Assembly (NCBI GenBank): GCA_037481815.1
Contig: JBBFKX010000001.1
Span: 416,001 to 480,000, forward strand
Origin: a candidate division WOR-3 bacterium
Lineage (GTDB): Bacteria; Hydrothermota; 32-111
Direction: 5' to 3'
DNA length: 64,000 nucleotides
Shown piece after piece: positions 1 to 8,631 of the stretch (position 1 is its first letter; each line of letters starts with the position of its first letter). A program made the translations under genes and the position numbers. The notes beneath the pieces are model-generated. The model did not search any database, was not told where the DNA came from, and worked only from the letters and a program-made list of their open reading frames with translations.

Positions 1-532
1 AACAAATGGAACGATAAATGAAGAACCAGCAAAAAAACTGTTACCTTTTATAAAAGCAGCAAACATAGATTTGAAATCTTTCAACAGCGACTTTTATAAA
101 AAAGAACTCAAAGGTGATCTTGAAAGTGTAAAAAATTTTATTAAGTTATCATACGAAATGGGAGTCCATATAGAAATCACAAACCTTCTGATCCCACAAA
201 AAAACGATAATCTTGAAGAATTTAAACTTATGGTTGATTTTATAAGTTCAGTTTCAAACAGAATCCCTTTTCATATATCAAGATACTTTCCAAACTATAA
301 ATATAAAATTCCCCCAACACCACCTGAAAAGATGTTTGAATTTTATAATTTAGCAAAAGAAAAACTCCAATATGTATATTTAGGAAACCTGTTTGATAAC
401 AACTATTCAAACACATATTGTCCTGTTTGTTCCAATCTGTTAATAGAAAGAAACTTTTACGATATAAACCTGATAGGGATCAGTGATAAAAAATGTTCAA
501 AATGTAATTCTCCAGTCGATATAATACTATGA
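1..532 (+). CDS. AmmeMemoRadiSam-type radical SAM enzyme (PFL-activating enzyme-like), 5'-truncated by window edge
   Basis: Frame is open from position 2 (TNGTINEEPAKKLLPFIKAANIDLKSF). Family-typical TNG, NIDLKSF, EITNLLIP, PFHISRYFP and YVYLGN motifs, plus C-terminal CPVC...CSKC. Confidence 0.85.
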   Translation, partial: TNGTINEEPAKKLLPFIKAANIDLKSFNSDFYKKELKGDLESVKNFIKLSYEMGVHIEITNLLIPQKNDNLEEFKLMVDFISSVSNRIPFHISRYFPNYKYKIPPTPPEKMFEFYNLAKEKLQYVYLGNLFDNNYSNTYCPVCSNLLIERNFYDINLIGISDKKCSKCNSPVDIIL

Positions 533-547
533 AAAATTTTTCATAGT
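526..547. repeat. Perfect 22-bp palindrome ACTATGAAAAA/TTTTTCATAGT (weak terminator or activator binding site)
   Basis: Read directly. Overlaps the upstream stop codon, is followed by TTTT, and lies about 80-100 bp upstream of the sigma54-type element. Confidence 0.7.
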
Positions 548-623
548 TTTTCAAAAATATTATCTTTTTATAAAAATTCTTCTGTTAAACCACTAAAAAA
601 TAATGACTTAAAAATAAAAATTC

Positions 624-639
624 TGGCATAAAATTTGCT
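624..639 (+). promoter_or_regulatory. Sigma54 (RpoN) -24/-12 promoter
   Basis: TGGCAT-AAAAT-TTGCT versus consensus TGGCAC-N5-TTGCW, with GG at 625-626 and GC at 637-638 correctly spaced. Followed by an AAGGAG RBS and the ATG at 666. Confidence 0.8.
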
Positions 640-665
640 TTTTTTATTTCAAAAAGGAGTTTTGT

Positions 666-1088
666 ATGGCAAGAAAAGGGTTTACAATGATAGAAACGCT
701 TGTTGTTATAGTTATAATAGGAATGATTCTTGGTTTTGCTGTTCCTCGATTCAATTCCAGACAGGCGAAGTTTAATAGCACAGTTAACAACATCATTGAC
801 CAGTTGAATATGGCAAGGCAGGAAGCAGCGACAAAAAATATTACAACTACCTTCTACCTTTCAAAAGATTCCTTTCAATACGGTAACAATGTTTACAGAT
901 TTCCATCAAGAGTTTTTACATACGATTTTATAAATGAACAGGAATTTTCTTTTGACTCCCCTATAGAGTTTATGCCTGGAGGCAAAACTGATGCTGTATA
1001 TGCTATACAGGTTATCGATTCTGCAACATCAAGACAGAGTATGATTTACATTTTCCCATCCGGTTATATTTTAAAAGGAACAGAATAG
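666..1088 (+). CDS. Type IV minor pilin / pseudopilin, FimT/GspH-like
   Basis: Class III signal RKG|FTMIE plus hydrophobic helix; LNMARQEA resembles the FimT/GspH 'ARxEA' motif. Confidence 0.8.
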   Translation: MARKGFTMIETLVVIVIIGMILGFAVPRFNSRQAKFNSTVNNIIDQLNMARQEAATKNITTTFYLSKDSFQYGNNVYRFPSRVFTYDFINEQEFSFDSPIEFMPGGKTDAVYAIQVIDSATSRQSMIYIFPSGYILKGTE

Positions 1089-1096
1089 GAGGAATA

Positions 1097-1471
1097 ATGA
1101 AAAAAGGTTTTACACTTCTTGAACTTTTAGTTTCTTCGATAATACTTGCAATCGGAATTCTTGGACTTGCTGCACTCTTCCCTGCTGCGATGAGATCAAC
1201 ATTATTAACAAGACAAAACACGCAGGCGATAGAAATTTGTCAATCAACAATAGAATATTTAAGAACTCTACCTATCACATCCGATGAACTTGCAGAAGGA
1301 ACACATGGGCCAGATACAATAGATTCAAAATTTGTTAGAACATACACTGTTACGGATAACCATCCTGCAACGAATATGAAATTTGTTGAAGTTACGGTTT
1401 CATGGCAACAGGTTGGTGGAAGTGGTGGATTAAACCACTCCCAAACAATGAAAACCTATATTTCTAAATAG
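1097..1471 (+). CDS. Type IV minor pilin, PilV/GspI-like
   Basis: KKG|FTLLE prepilin motif, ILAIGILGL helix, C-terminal VEVTVSW typical of PilV; AGGAGG RBS. Confidence 0.8.
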   Translation: MKKGFTLLELLVSSIILAIGILGLAALFPAAMRSTLLTRQNTQAIEICQSTIEYLRTLPITSDELAEGTHGPDTIDSKFVRTYTVTDNHPATNMKFVEVTVSWQQVGGSGGLNHSQTMKTYISK

Positions 1472-1483
1472 TAAGGAGATATT

Positions 1484-4063
1484 ATGAAAAAGAAAGGTTT
1501 CACTTTACTTGAACTCCTTCTGGCAATCACAATTTTTTCAATAATAGTTGGTGCTGCTATCACAGTTTTTGTGAACTCCCAAAACTCAAAACAAAAAGTT
1601 GATCTTATGACACAGGCACAACAATCAGCGCGAATCGCAGTTGATTACATGATAAGGGATATAAGAGCAGCGGGTTATAGTATCGATGTTGATGAAACTT
1701 CAACATCACCTCAAAGAAGGCTGGTTTACGCTTCACCTTATGAACTGATTTTCAACGCAAACCTTTTACCTTATCAGGACACCCCTGATAATCCACAGGA
1801 ACCAAGAGCGATGAAAGTTACATCATCTCTTGAGGAAAGACCTGCGCATTATTATCCTCCAATGCAATATCAAACAGGTGCTGAAACTGTTGTTTATACA
1901 CTTGATTGGAACAATGATGGTATAATAAATCAGGATGATCGAGACAACTCCCCTGCATCGTTAACAAAAAATCCTAACGATTATTGTATGGTTAAAAGAG
2001 TTTATGGGCTTTACGATTCGGGTTTGAATATTGAATATATTTTACCACCAGGTTCACCATTTGACTGGTCAAACCATCAGGTTGTTTCCATCGTTGCTGG
2101 TCCAGACAGATATCCTGCACAGACAACTGGAACTCCAATTTTCCATTACTGGTATGATGACGATGGAGATCCAACAACTCCATTAAAACTCTATGGTGAT
2201 GCAAACAATGATGGAGAACTAAGTCAAAATGAGGCAAACGCATTAGCACCGATAACCGACTATGAAATGCTTGATAGAATTCAAATAGTTACAGTAAAAA
2301 TAACCGGAGTATCACAGACACCTTTCAGAGGAAAATATTTAACATCTTCTGTTCAGACAGATGTTAACATAACAAGAAATACTTCAATAGATGTATTCGT
2401 TGTAAAAGGTCATGTTTATGTTGATGAGAATAAGAATGGTGAATACGATTCTGGAGAGGATGGTATAGAAGGGATGAAAATAAAACTTTCAACAGGAGAA
2501 GTCGCTCTAACAGATGAAAATGGTTTATGGGTTTACGCTGTAGTTCCAGGTGTTTACACTGCTTCAATAACACCACAACTTTTCTATAGGCCAACAACTC
2601 CATCAAATTTTGATTTCACAATAACAAACTCTTCAAGAGATTTTACAGATGAAGAGGATTATAAAAAATTCTTTGGAATGGAAGAGACCCCTGCTGCAAA
2701 AGTTTCAGGAATCGTGTTTGAAGACCTTAACGCTGATGGTTTCTGGCAACAGGACTCAGAACCAGGTGTTCCAGATTTAGAAGTCGCTGTCTGGAACAAC
2801 AGTACAAAATCTTATTCTTCACCAGCAGATTCTGTTGGTATATTCCATCTTGATGTTAACGCTGGAGAGTCATTGTATATATGGGTAGCACCGAATGATA
2901 GTTTTGGACCAAGTAATGTTGACCTTAACGACCAACTCGGATTTACTCAGGGAACACCTCTTCTTTCAATACTTTCAACTTCCGCTGTTTTAGGATATCT
3001 TGATGAAGGAGAGGAAGGTTATATCGCTTTTGGAATGCTTAAAGCAACGGGGACAAGACCAACTTTAAGAGTTGTTGTCCCAAACGGTGGAGAATTATGG
3101 CATACAGGATCATCTTATGATATAAAAGTTTATGCTACATCAAACGATTCTGGAGAAGTTATAAAAAAGTTGATCTATTATTATTCTGTTGATGGAGGAG
3201 ATAACTGGAGATACATTGATGAACAATCTTATCCAACACCATCATCAGGTGATACTTTATACACTTATTATTGGACAATACCTGACTCAGTCCAAGGAAG
3301 TCAGATATGTCTTGTTAAGGTTATATGTATAGATGAAGGAAACTGGTCTGTTTATGATATGTCAGATAACTATTTTATGATCGTCAACCAGGCAGGGTAT
3401 ACATATCTTTTCTTAACAAACGAATATGTTGATTCTTTATATGACGACACTTTATATCTTTACGCTTTCGGTGGGACATATTATTCTGGTGTTGGAACAT
3501 CAGGGCAATATCCGCTCCCAAGATATATGAATACAGTAAACTCAAGAGTTATGGGCATCGCTGGTGATTCTATTCAGACTTTTAATGTCTTAATACATAA
3601 ACCTTTTGTAACTCAAATAGGTATGAAAGCAGAATGGATAACAAAAAAAGGTATACCTTATGCTGATACTATATATCCAGGTATATGGAGATTCGTTGGT
3701 TATGGAGTAACAGATGATCCAGATGTTGAAACAAAACCAAAATATTTTGATATAGAAGTTTACAAAACCGACTCTTTCGGTTCAAAAACATCAAGAGTGT
3801 TACTCTTTTCAACTCTAAACGCTGCAACTTACGATTCAATAAAAAGAACAGGATCCATAATGAATGAAGAAGATGAGTCATCAATGGACATCTACATAAA
3901 CCATGGATTCTCAATGACAAGAGCCGATAGATTATATATAAAAGTTTACTATTCAGGTAATTTTTCCAATACAGGTGGACCTTCTGGAACTATTTCTCCA
4001 AAAATATGGATGACTTTTGGGGAAACAAGAGGAACAAAACTTTCACTTCCACCTAAAAATTAA
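1484..4063 (+). CDS. Giant PilW/GspJ-like minor pilin with Ca-binding-type loops, two SdrD-B-like domains, an Ig-like domain and an unknown C-terminal domain
   Basis: KKG|FTLLE; AQQSARIAVDYMIRDIRAAGY (PilW-like); DWNNDG and DANNDG loops; KGHVYVDENKNGEYDSGE and SGIVFEDLNADG (SdrD B-like); PNGGE; YSVDGGDNW (Asp-box-like). Confidence 0.75.
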   Translation: MKKKGFTLLELLLAITIFSIIVGAAITVFVNSQNSKQKVDLMTQAQQSARIAVDYMIRDIRAAGYSIDVDETSTSPQRRLVYASPYELIFNANLLPYQDTPDNPQEPRAMKVTSSLEERPAHYYPPMQYQTGAETVVYTLDWNNDGIINQDDRDNSPASLTKNPNDYCMVKRVYGLYDSGLNIEYILPPGSPFDWSNHQVVSIVAGPDRYPAQTTGTPIFHYWYDDDGDPTTPLKLYGDANNDGELSQNEANALAPITDYEMLDRIQIVTVKITGVSQTPFRGKYLTSSVQTDVNITRNTSIDVFVVKGHVYVDENKNGEYDSGEDGIEGMKIKLSTGEVALTDENGLWVYAVVPGVYTASITPQLFYRPTTPSNFDFTITNSSRDFTDEEDYKKFFGMEETPAAKVSGIVFEDLNADGFWQQDSEPGVPDLEVAVWNNSTKSYSSPADSVGIFHLDVNAGESLYIWVAPNDSFGPSNVDLNDQLGFTQGTPLLSILSTSAVLGYLDEGEEGYIAFGMLKATGTRPTLRVVVPNGGELWHTGSSYDIKVYATSNDSGEVIKKLIYYYSVDGGDNWRYIDEQSYPTPSSGDTLYTYYWTIPDSVQGSQICLVKVICIDEGNWSVYDMSDNYFMIVNQAGYTYLFLTNEYVDSLYDDTLYLYAFGGTYYSGVGTSGQYPLPRYMNTVNSRVMGIAGDSIQTFNVLIHKPFVTQIGMKAEWITKKGIPYADTIYPGIWRFVGYGVTDDPDVETKPKYFDIEVYKTDSFGSKTSRVLLFSTLNAATYDSIKRTGSIMNEEDESSMDIYINHGFSMTRADRLYIKVYYSGNFSNTGGPSGTISPKIWMTFGETRGTKLSLPPKN

Positions 4064-4074
4064 AGGAGTTTTTT

Positions 4075-5568
4075 ATGGAAAAGAAAGGAATTGCACTCGT
4101 TACTACAATAATGATCCTTTTGATGTTATCACTCCTTGCAGCAGGAATGTTTTTTACAATAAAAAATGAGACCGCGATATCTATCTACCAGGCACAATCG
4201 GTTCAGGTCATATCTGTTGCTGAGTCAGCACTAGATGAGATCAAGCATAGAATGAATCTACCTCCTTCAGATCCAGCATTTATAGGAGATACATCTGTAC
4301 CTTTGAATCCAAACTGGAAAACCGTTATACTTTTTGAAGATCATTCCGATCAGGATGATTCAATTACTGGAATTTTTTATAAGACATCACTTCAAACAGA
4401 ACTTGATGATTTCGATCCTGATAATCCTGAGATGGATTATACAACAAAAGAGTATGAGGAAGGGGTTTCTTTAACGATAAGGCACAAAACGAATGAGGAC
4501 AAAACTCAAATATATTATTATGATTCAAAGACAGAAAAACAATTTTTAGGACCTCCATCACTTGTTGTTGAATATCCCCCTGTTGAACTTGTTGAAATAA
4601 CAGCACGTTCAGGTAAAGCGGTAAAAAAGATTCTTGCAGAGATTTCAAAACAGGAAGTTAACATAAAAGTTCAATCAGCATTATCATCCTCAACGATAGC
4701 ATGGCAGATGACAGGTAATACTGATGTTTATGTTTGTGGACACAATCACCTTCTTTCAACACCATTTAATGTTTGTCCTTTTGACCCAACAACCGCTGCA
4801 CCTCATCAACCAGGATCTTCAACACCTGCTGTTTCATGCTGGGCAGTTCAGTCGGGAACCGGTTCATACGCAACAGGAAAACCTTTATACCATGTTGAGA
4901 TAGATTCTGTTGATTCACATCCTGGAAAGAACCATTATTTCTATAACTATTATAAACACACATGGAATATAAACCGCCTTGAATATGACCCTTATTGCAC
5001 AAGAGCAGGATGTCTTGCGGGTATTGCAACAACTTCATCAAGTGTTGGCAACTATGGAGCAACAAAATCACACATTTTCGGAAATCCAGATATCATAATC
5101 AAATATGATCTTGTGATTCCCGAACTTTACGAAGTATTGGGATATGCATCTGAGGCAGAAATGAATGAAGCTATCAACTGGGAGACATCACTTGTGAGTG
5201 ATCCGGTGAACATCAGATATTTCAAGTTAGGTTCAGGACCAGGTTCAGTAATAGAGATACCGACAATCAATTCTCAGACAGTTGGAATAATCTGGGTCAA
5301 CGGAAGTGTGAGATTGAGAGCTGGTTCAAGGAGTTTTCAACATAAAGGGCTCCTCTACATTCAGGGAGATCTTTTAGAAACATCAACACCAGGAGGTAAC
5401 TACGATTTCTGGGTTTTGGGTGCTATGATGGTTAAGGGTTATATCGATGATATACATACATCAGGAAACAAAAGAATGTTTTTCATGTATTCGAAAGATG
5501 CTCTGTCACAAACAGTTGAGCAGGACTTAAGATTCTATAAACTTATCGGGTGGAAAGAGGTCTATTGA
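4075..5568 (+). CDS. PilX/GspK-like minor pilin, extended
   Basis: KKG|IALVT prepilin variant lacking Glu5, as expected for PilX/GspK; VAESA motif; ends IGWKEVY. Confidence 0.75.
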   Translation: MEKKGIALVTTIMILLMLSLLAAGMFFTIKNETAISIYQAQSVQVISVAESALDEIKHRMNLPPSDPAFIGDTSVPLNPNWKTVILFEDHSDQDDSITGIFYKTSLQTELDDFDPDNPEMDYTTKEYEEGVSLTIRHKTNEDKTQIYYYDSKTEKQFLGPPSLVVEYPPVELVEITARSGKAVKKILAEISKQEVNIKVQSALSSSTIAWQMTGNTDVYVCGHNHLLSTPFNVCPFDPTTAAPHQPGSSTPAVSCWAVQSGTGSYATGKPLYHVEIDSVDSHPGKNHYFYNYYKHTWNINRLEYDPYCTRAGCLAGIATTSSSVGNYGATKSHIFGNPDIIIKYDLVIPELYEVLGYASEAEMNEAINWETSLVSDPVNIRYFKLGSGPGSVIEIPTINSQTVGIIWVNGSVRLRAGSRSFQHKGLLYIQGDLLETSTPGGNYDFWVLGAMMVKGYIDDIHTSGNKRMFFMYSKDALSQTVEQDLRFYKLIGWKEVY

Positions 5569-6089
5569 TGCATAACTATTTGCAGGACGAGCTCAACCTT
5601 TACGGTGAATTCGTTGAAGAGGTTGATATAGCAAAATTTATTATACAGGCAAATTCAGGGCCTTTCCATATTTTAAGGGAAAGGCCTGATTTAAAATATA
5701 TAGGTGAAAAAATAAAAAATGAGTTTCTTTCAAACCATCAGATGATAAGATCAAATGAAATTTTTCAACAGATTTCAGACAAATGTACGCGTGTTCATAT
5801 AACACCTTTTTTGAGAAAGTATAAATCGGCAAAACTCTTGGCTGAACTTTTTTTACAAAATTTTGATTTTTATTCTGACGAGTATCTTCTTCCAATAGAT
5901 GAAAACTATATAAACTTAGTTTTATCACAGATAGAAAACTATAATACGGACATAATAAAAAATCTTTTGATAAAATACAACAAAGAAGGATTCGTCCCTC
6001 ACCATTCTGAAAGATACAAAAACAATGTTCATCCTTCATATCTTGTGTTTTTAAATGAGGTGATCAAGCAAAATATAACAATTTTATGA
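5568..6089 (+). CDS. Hypothetical protein with His-containing motifs (GPFH, PHHSERY)
   Basis: ORF track gives 5550; the ATG at 5568 overlaps the upstream TGA (TGATG coupling) and is the more likely start. Confidence 0.6.
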   Translation: MHNYLQDELNLYGEFVEEVDIAKFIIQANSGPFHILRERPDLKYIGEKIKNEFLSNHQMIRSNEIFQQISDKCTRVHITPFLRKYKSAKLLAELFLQNFDFYSDEYLLPIDENYINLVLSQIENYNTDIIKNLLIKYNKEGFVPHHSERYKNNVHPSYLVFLNEVIKQNITIL

Positions 6090-6877
6090 AAAATCAAAAA
6101 TTTTATTTTTTAATCGTCATATTTTTAGCCCTTCTTTCTGTAATATATTTAACATATTCGAAATATCTAAATCGACCGATTCTTGTTATTGAAGACAAAA
6201 AATTTTCGTTTGAGTATTTTTTTAAATACAAAGAGTTTTATAAAAGAATCAACTCACTCGACCATGTTCTCGATTGTAATATAGTTGATGAAATAGTTAA
6301 AAACTATGTTTTCTTCAAAATTGCAAAAGAGGAAGGTATAGATGTTTCTAACAAAAGTATAGATTTTTATTTTAACATGCATAAAAATGATTTAAAAATT
6401 GATTTTGAAAAAATTGAAAAAGTTTTTAAGGAGGAAGAATTTTTCGAATTTTTTAAAAAACCTTTTGTTGTGAAAAATCTTCTGATTGAAAAAATAAAAT
6501 ACGATTCAACAGTTATACAAAAAGAAAGATATGCATATTCAAAAAAAGTTTTGAACGAATGGGATGGAAAAACCGTTGATAAAAACTTTTTAAACGAATT
6601 TACAGAATATGTTGAACAGCATTTTGAAAAAGATGGTAAAAATGAATTTGAAACAGGTAAAAAAAATTTTTCTGAGGATGATGGATTTTATTATGTTTTT
6701 TCTTCTAACAAAAATACACTTTTTGGCTATAGAGTTTACAAAGTTTCATCTGATGAATATTTAAAAAAGAAATATCAAAAAAAATTTATATTGAAATTTC
6801 TGGATGATAAAGACAGGAGAGCATTTTTGTTGGTCAACAAAGATAAACTTCTTGGCACAATAGTTGAAGTCAGATGA
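6086..6877 (+). CDS. Membrane-anchored hypothetical protein, weak SurA/PrsA N-terminal-like similarity
   Basis: N-terminal TM helix; IAKEEGIDVS resembles the SurA-N 'AkexGIxVs' motif; ATGA overlap with the previous gene. Confidence 0.45.
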   Translation: MKNQKFYFLIVIFLALLSVIYLTYSKYLNRPILVIEDKKFSFEYFFKYKEFYKRINSLDHVLDCNIVDEIVKNYVFFKIAKEEGIDVSNKSIDFYFNMHKNDLKIDFEKIEKVFKEEEFFEFFKKPFVVKNLLIEKIKYDSTVIQKERYAYSKKVLNEWDGKTVDKNFLNEFTEYVEQHFEKDGKNEFETGKKNFSEDDGFYYVFSSNKNTLFGYRVYKVSSDEYLKKKYQKKFILKFLDDKDRRAFLLVNKDKLLGTIVEVR

Positions 6878-7773
6878 AAGATATTTTTTTCACTGAAGAG
6901 TTTATAAAATTTTTCAAACTTTCAAAAATTGAGACGGATGCTTTTCTGTACCCATTTTTAACCGTTGATTTCAATGGATATAAATCTATTTCCTCTCTTG
7001 GTTATCAGGGGGTCTTGATCAAAAAAAAAAATTATTCAGACGATGAATTTAAAGAGTTTTATACTGAATTAAAAAATTTTAGAAAAGAAAATAAAATCGT
7101 ATGTGAGTTCATAAGGTATAATCCATTTTTAAACAGTATACTTAAACTTGAACCCCAAAATCAATCATCAACATTCTTTGTGATAGAAACCGATAAAAAT
7201 CCCTCTTCATATTTTGAAAACCTTCCATCAAGAACAAGGTATTCTATTAAAAAAGCAAAAGAAAAAATAAAAGTGAAGAGTGATAAAAATCTTGGGATTT
7301 TAAAAGGTGCTTTAAATTTTAAAAATGAATTTTTCTATGATGAAGAAAGTTTAAAAAATTTACTCAATGCACCTTTCAGTATCAAATTTTCAGCATTCTT
7401 TAACGATGAGGAAGTCGCTTCAAGTTTATTCTTTTATTCAGAAGACACTTCTTACTATATCGCTAACTTTTCGACCGAACTAGGCAAAAAAAATAATGCA
7501 AATATATTTTTGATTTACGAATTTTATCGATTCTGTTTTGAAAGAAAGATAAAATATATGGGACTGGGTGGAGGTCTTAATGATAACGATTCATTATCAT
7601 TTTTTAAAAGTCAATTTTCAACCCATACAAAAAAAATTATCCATTCAAAATTAATACATGATCAAAAAACCTATGATAAACTTAACGAAAACTTAAAAGA
7701 AAACTACTTTCCACCCTACCTTTCAGAACAAAATCTGTTAAAACTTTCCAATAGCAGCAGCAAAAGCGATTGA
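6874..7773 (+). CDS. GNAT/FemAB-like acyltransferase
   Basis: GYQG, EFIRYNPF, RTRYSIKKA, MGLGGG, SLSFFKSQFS and YFPPY motifs match FemAB-like GNAT proteins. Confidence 0.7.
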   Translation: MKDIFFTEEFIKFFKLSKIETDAFLYPFLTVDFNGYKSISSLGYQGVLIKKKNYSDDEFKEFYTELKNFRKENKIVCEFIRYNPFLNSILKLEPQNQSSTFFVIETDKNPSSYFENLPSRTRYSIKKAKEKIKVKSDKNLGILKGALNFKNEFFYDEESLKNLLNAPFSIKFSAFFNDEEVASSLFFYSEDTSYYIANFSTELGKKNNANIFLIYEFYRFCFERKIKYMGLGGGLNDNDSLSFFKSQFSTHTKKIIHSKLIHDQKTYDKLNENLKENYFPPYLSEQNLLKLSNSSSKSD

Positions 7774-8631
7774 CATCATTTTATTTTTTTCATTATCAGA
7801 TCTTGAAATCAAAACTATAGGTGCTTTTGCTCCGACAATAACACCTGCAAATTTACAATCTGTCCAGTAGATAAGTGTTTTCGCCATAATGTTTCCACAC
7901 GCTATATCAGGAACAACCATTATATCAGCATCCCCCGCAACATCACTTGTAACTTTCTTATGTTTTGCTGATTCTTTTGAAACTGTTACATCAAAGGATA
8001 AAGGTCCATCAACAATACAATCTTTTATCTGTCCTTCCCTGTTCATCTTTTTTAGATTTTCAGCATCAACAGTTTCGATCATATCTGGATTGACTTTTTC
8101 GATAGCAGCAAGGACTGAAACTTTTGGATTTTGAACACCAAATTTTTTCATAACCATGACCGCGTTGTTAATTATGTTTACTTTCATCGCAAGATCAGGT
8201 TTTATAATAAAACCACTATCGGTCAATATGAAAGGTTTATGATACCTATCGATTTCAAAAAGTGAAACATGCGAAAGCACATTGCCTGTTCTCAAACCCC
8301 ATTCTTTGTTCAGAACCGCCTTTCCAAGAACGGATGTGTCAACAAACCCTTTCATCAAAAAATCGGCTTTATCATCTCTGACAAGTTTAACCGCTTTTTC
8401 ACATGCTAAAACTCTATCCTTTTCATCAACTATTTCAAACAGGTTTTTTTCAAGATTGTTTTTCTCAATGATCTCGTTGATCTTTTCTTTATCTCCTACC
8501 AATATTGAAGTACACAAGTTTTCTTTGTATGCATCATAACATGCTTTGATAACAGTTTCATCATCAGCACAGGCAACCGATAAAACTTTTTTACTCTCTT
8601 TCGCTTTTATTACGATATCGTTAAATTTCAT
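7738..8631 (-). CDS. ptb: Phosphate butyryltransferase / phosphate acyltransferase (PTA_PTB family)
   Basis: LMKGFVDTS, LSHV, DGPLSFD, VAGDADI, GNIMAK, GAKAPIVLISRSD. Confidence 0.88.
   Translation of the reverse strand: MKFNDIVIKAKESKKVLSVACADDETVIKACYDAYKENLCTSILVGDKEKINEIIEKNNLEKNLFEIVDEKDRVLACEKAVKLVRDDKADFLMKGFVDTSVLGKAVLNKEWGLRTGNVLSHVSLFEIDRYHKPFILTDSGFIIKPDLAMKVNIINNAVMVMKKFGVQNPKVSVLAAIEKVNPDMIETVDAENLKKMNREGQIKDCIVDGPLSFDVTVSKESAKHKKVTSDVAGDADIMVVPDIACGNIMAKTLIYWTDCKFAGVIVGAKAPIVLISRSDNEKNKMMSIAFAAAIGKF

Noticed and set aside
7738..7773. 36-bp convergent overlap of the GNAT and ptb 3' ends
   Set aside because: Short tail-to-tail overlaps are expected in a compact genome; no sign of function.
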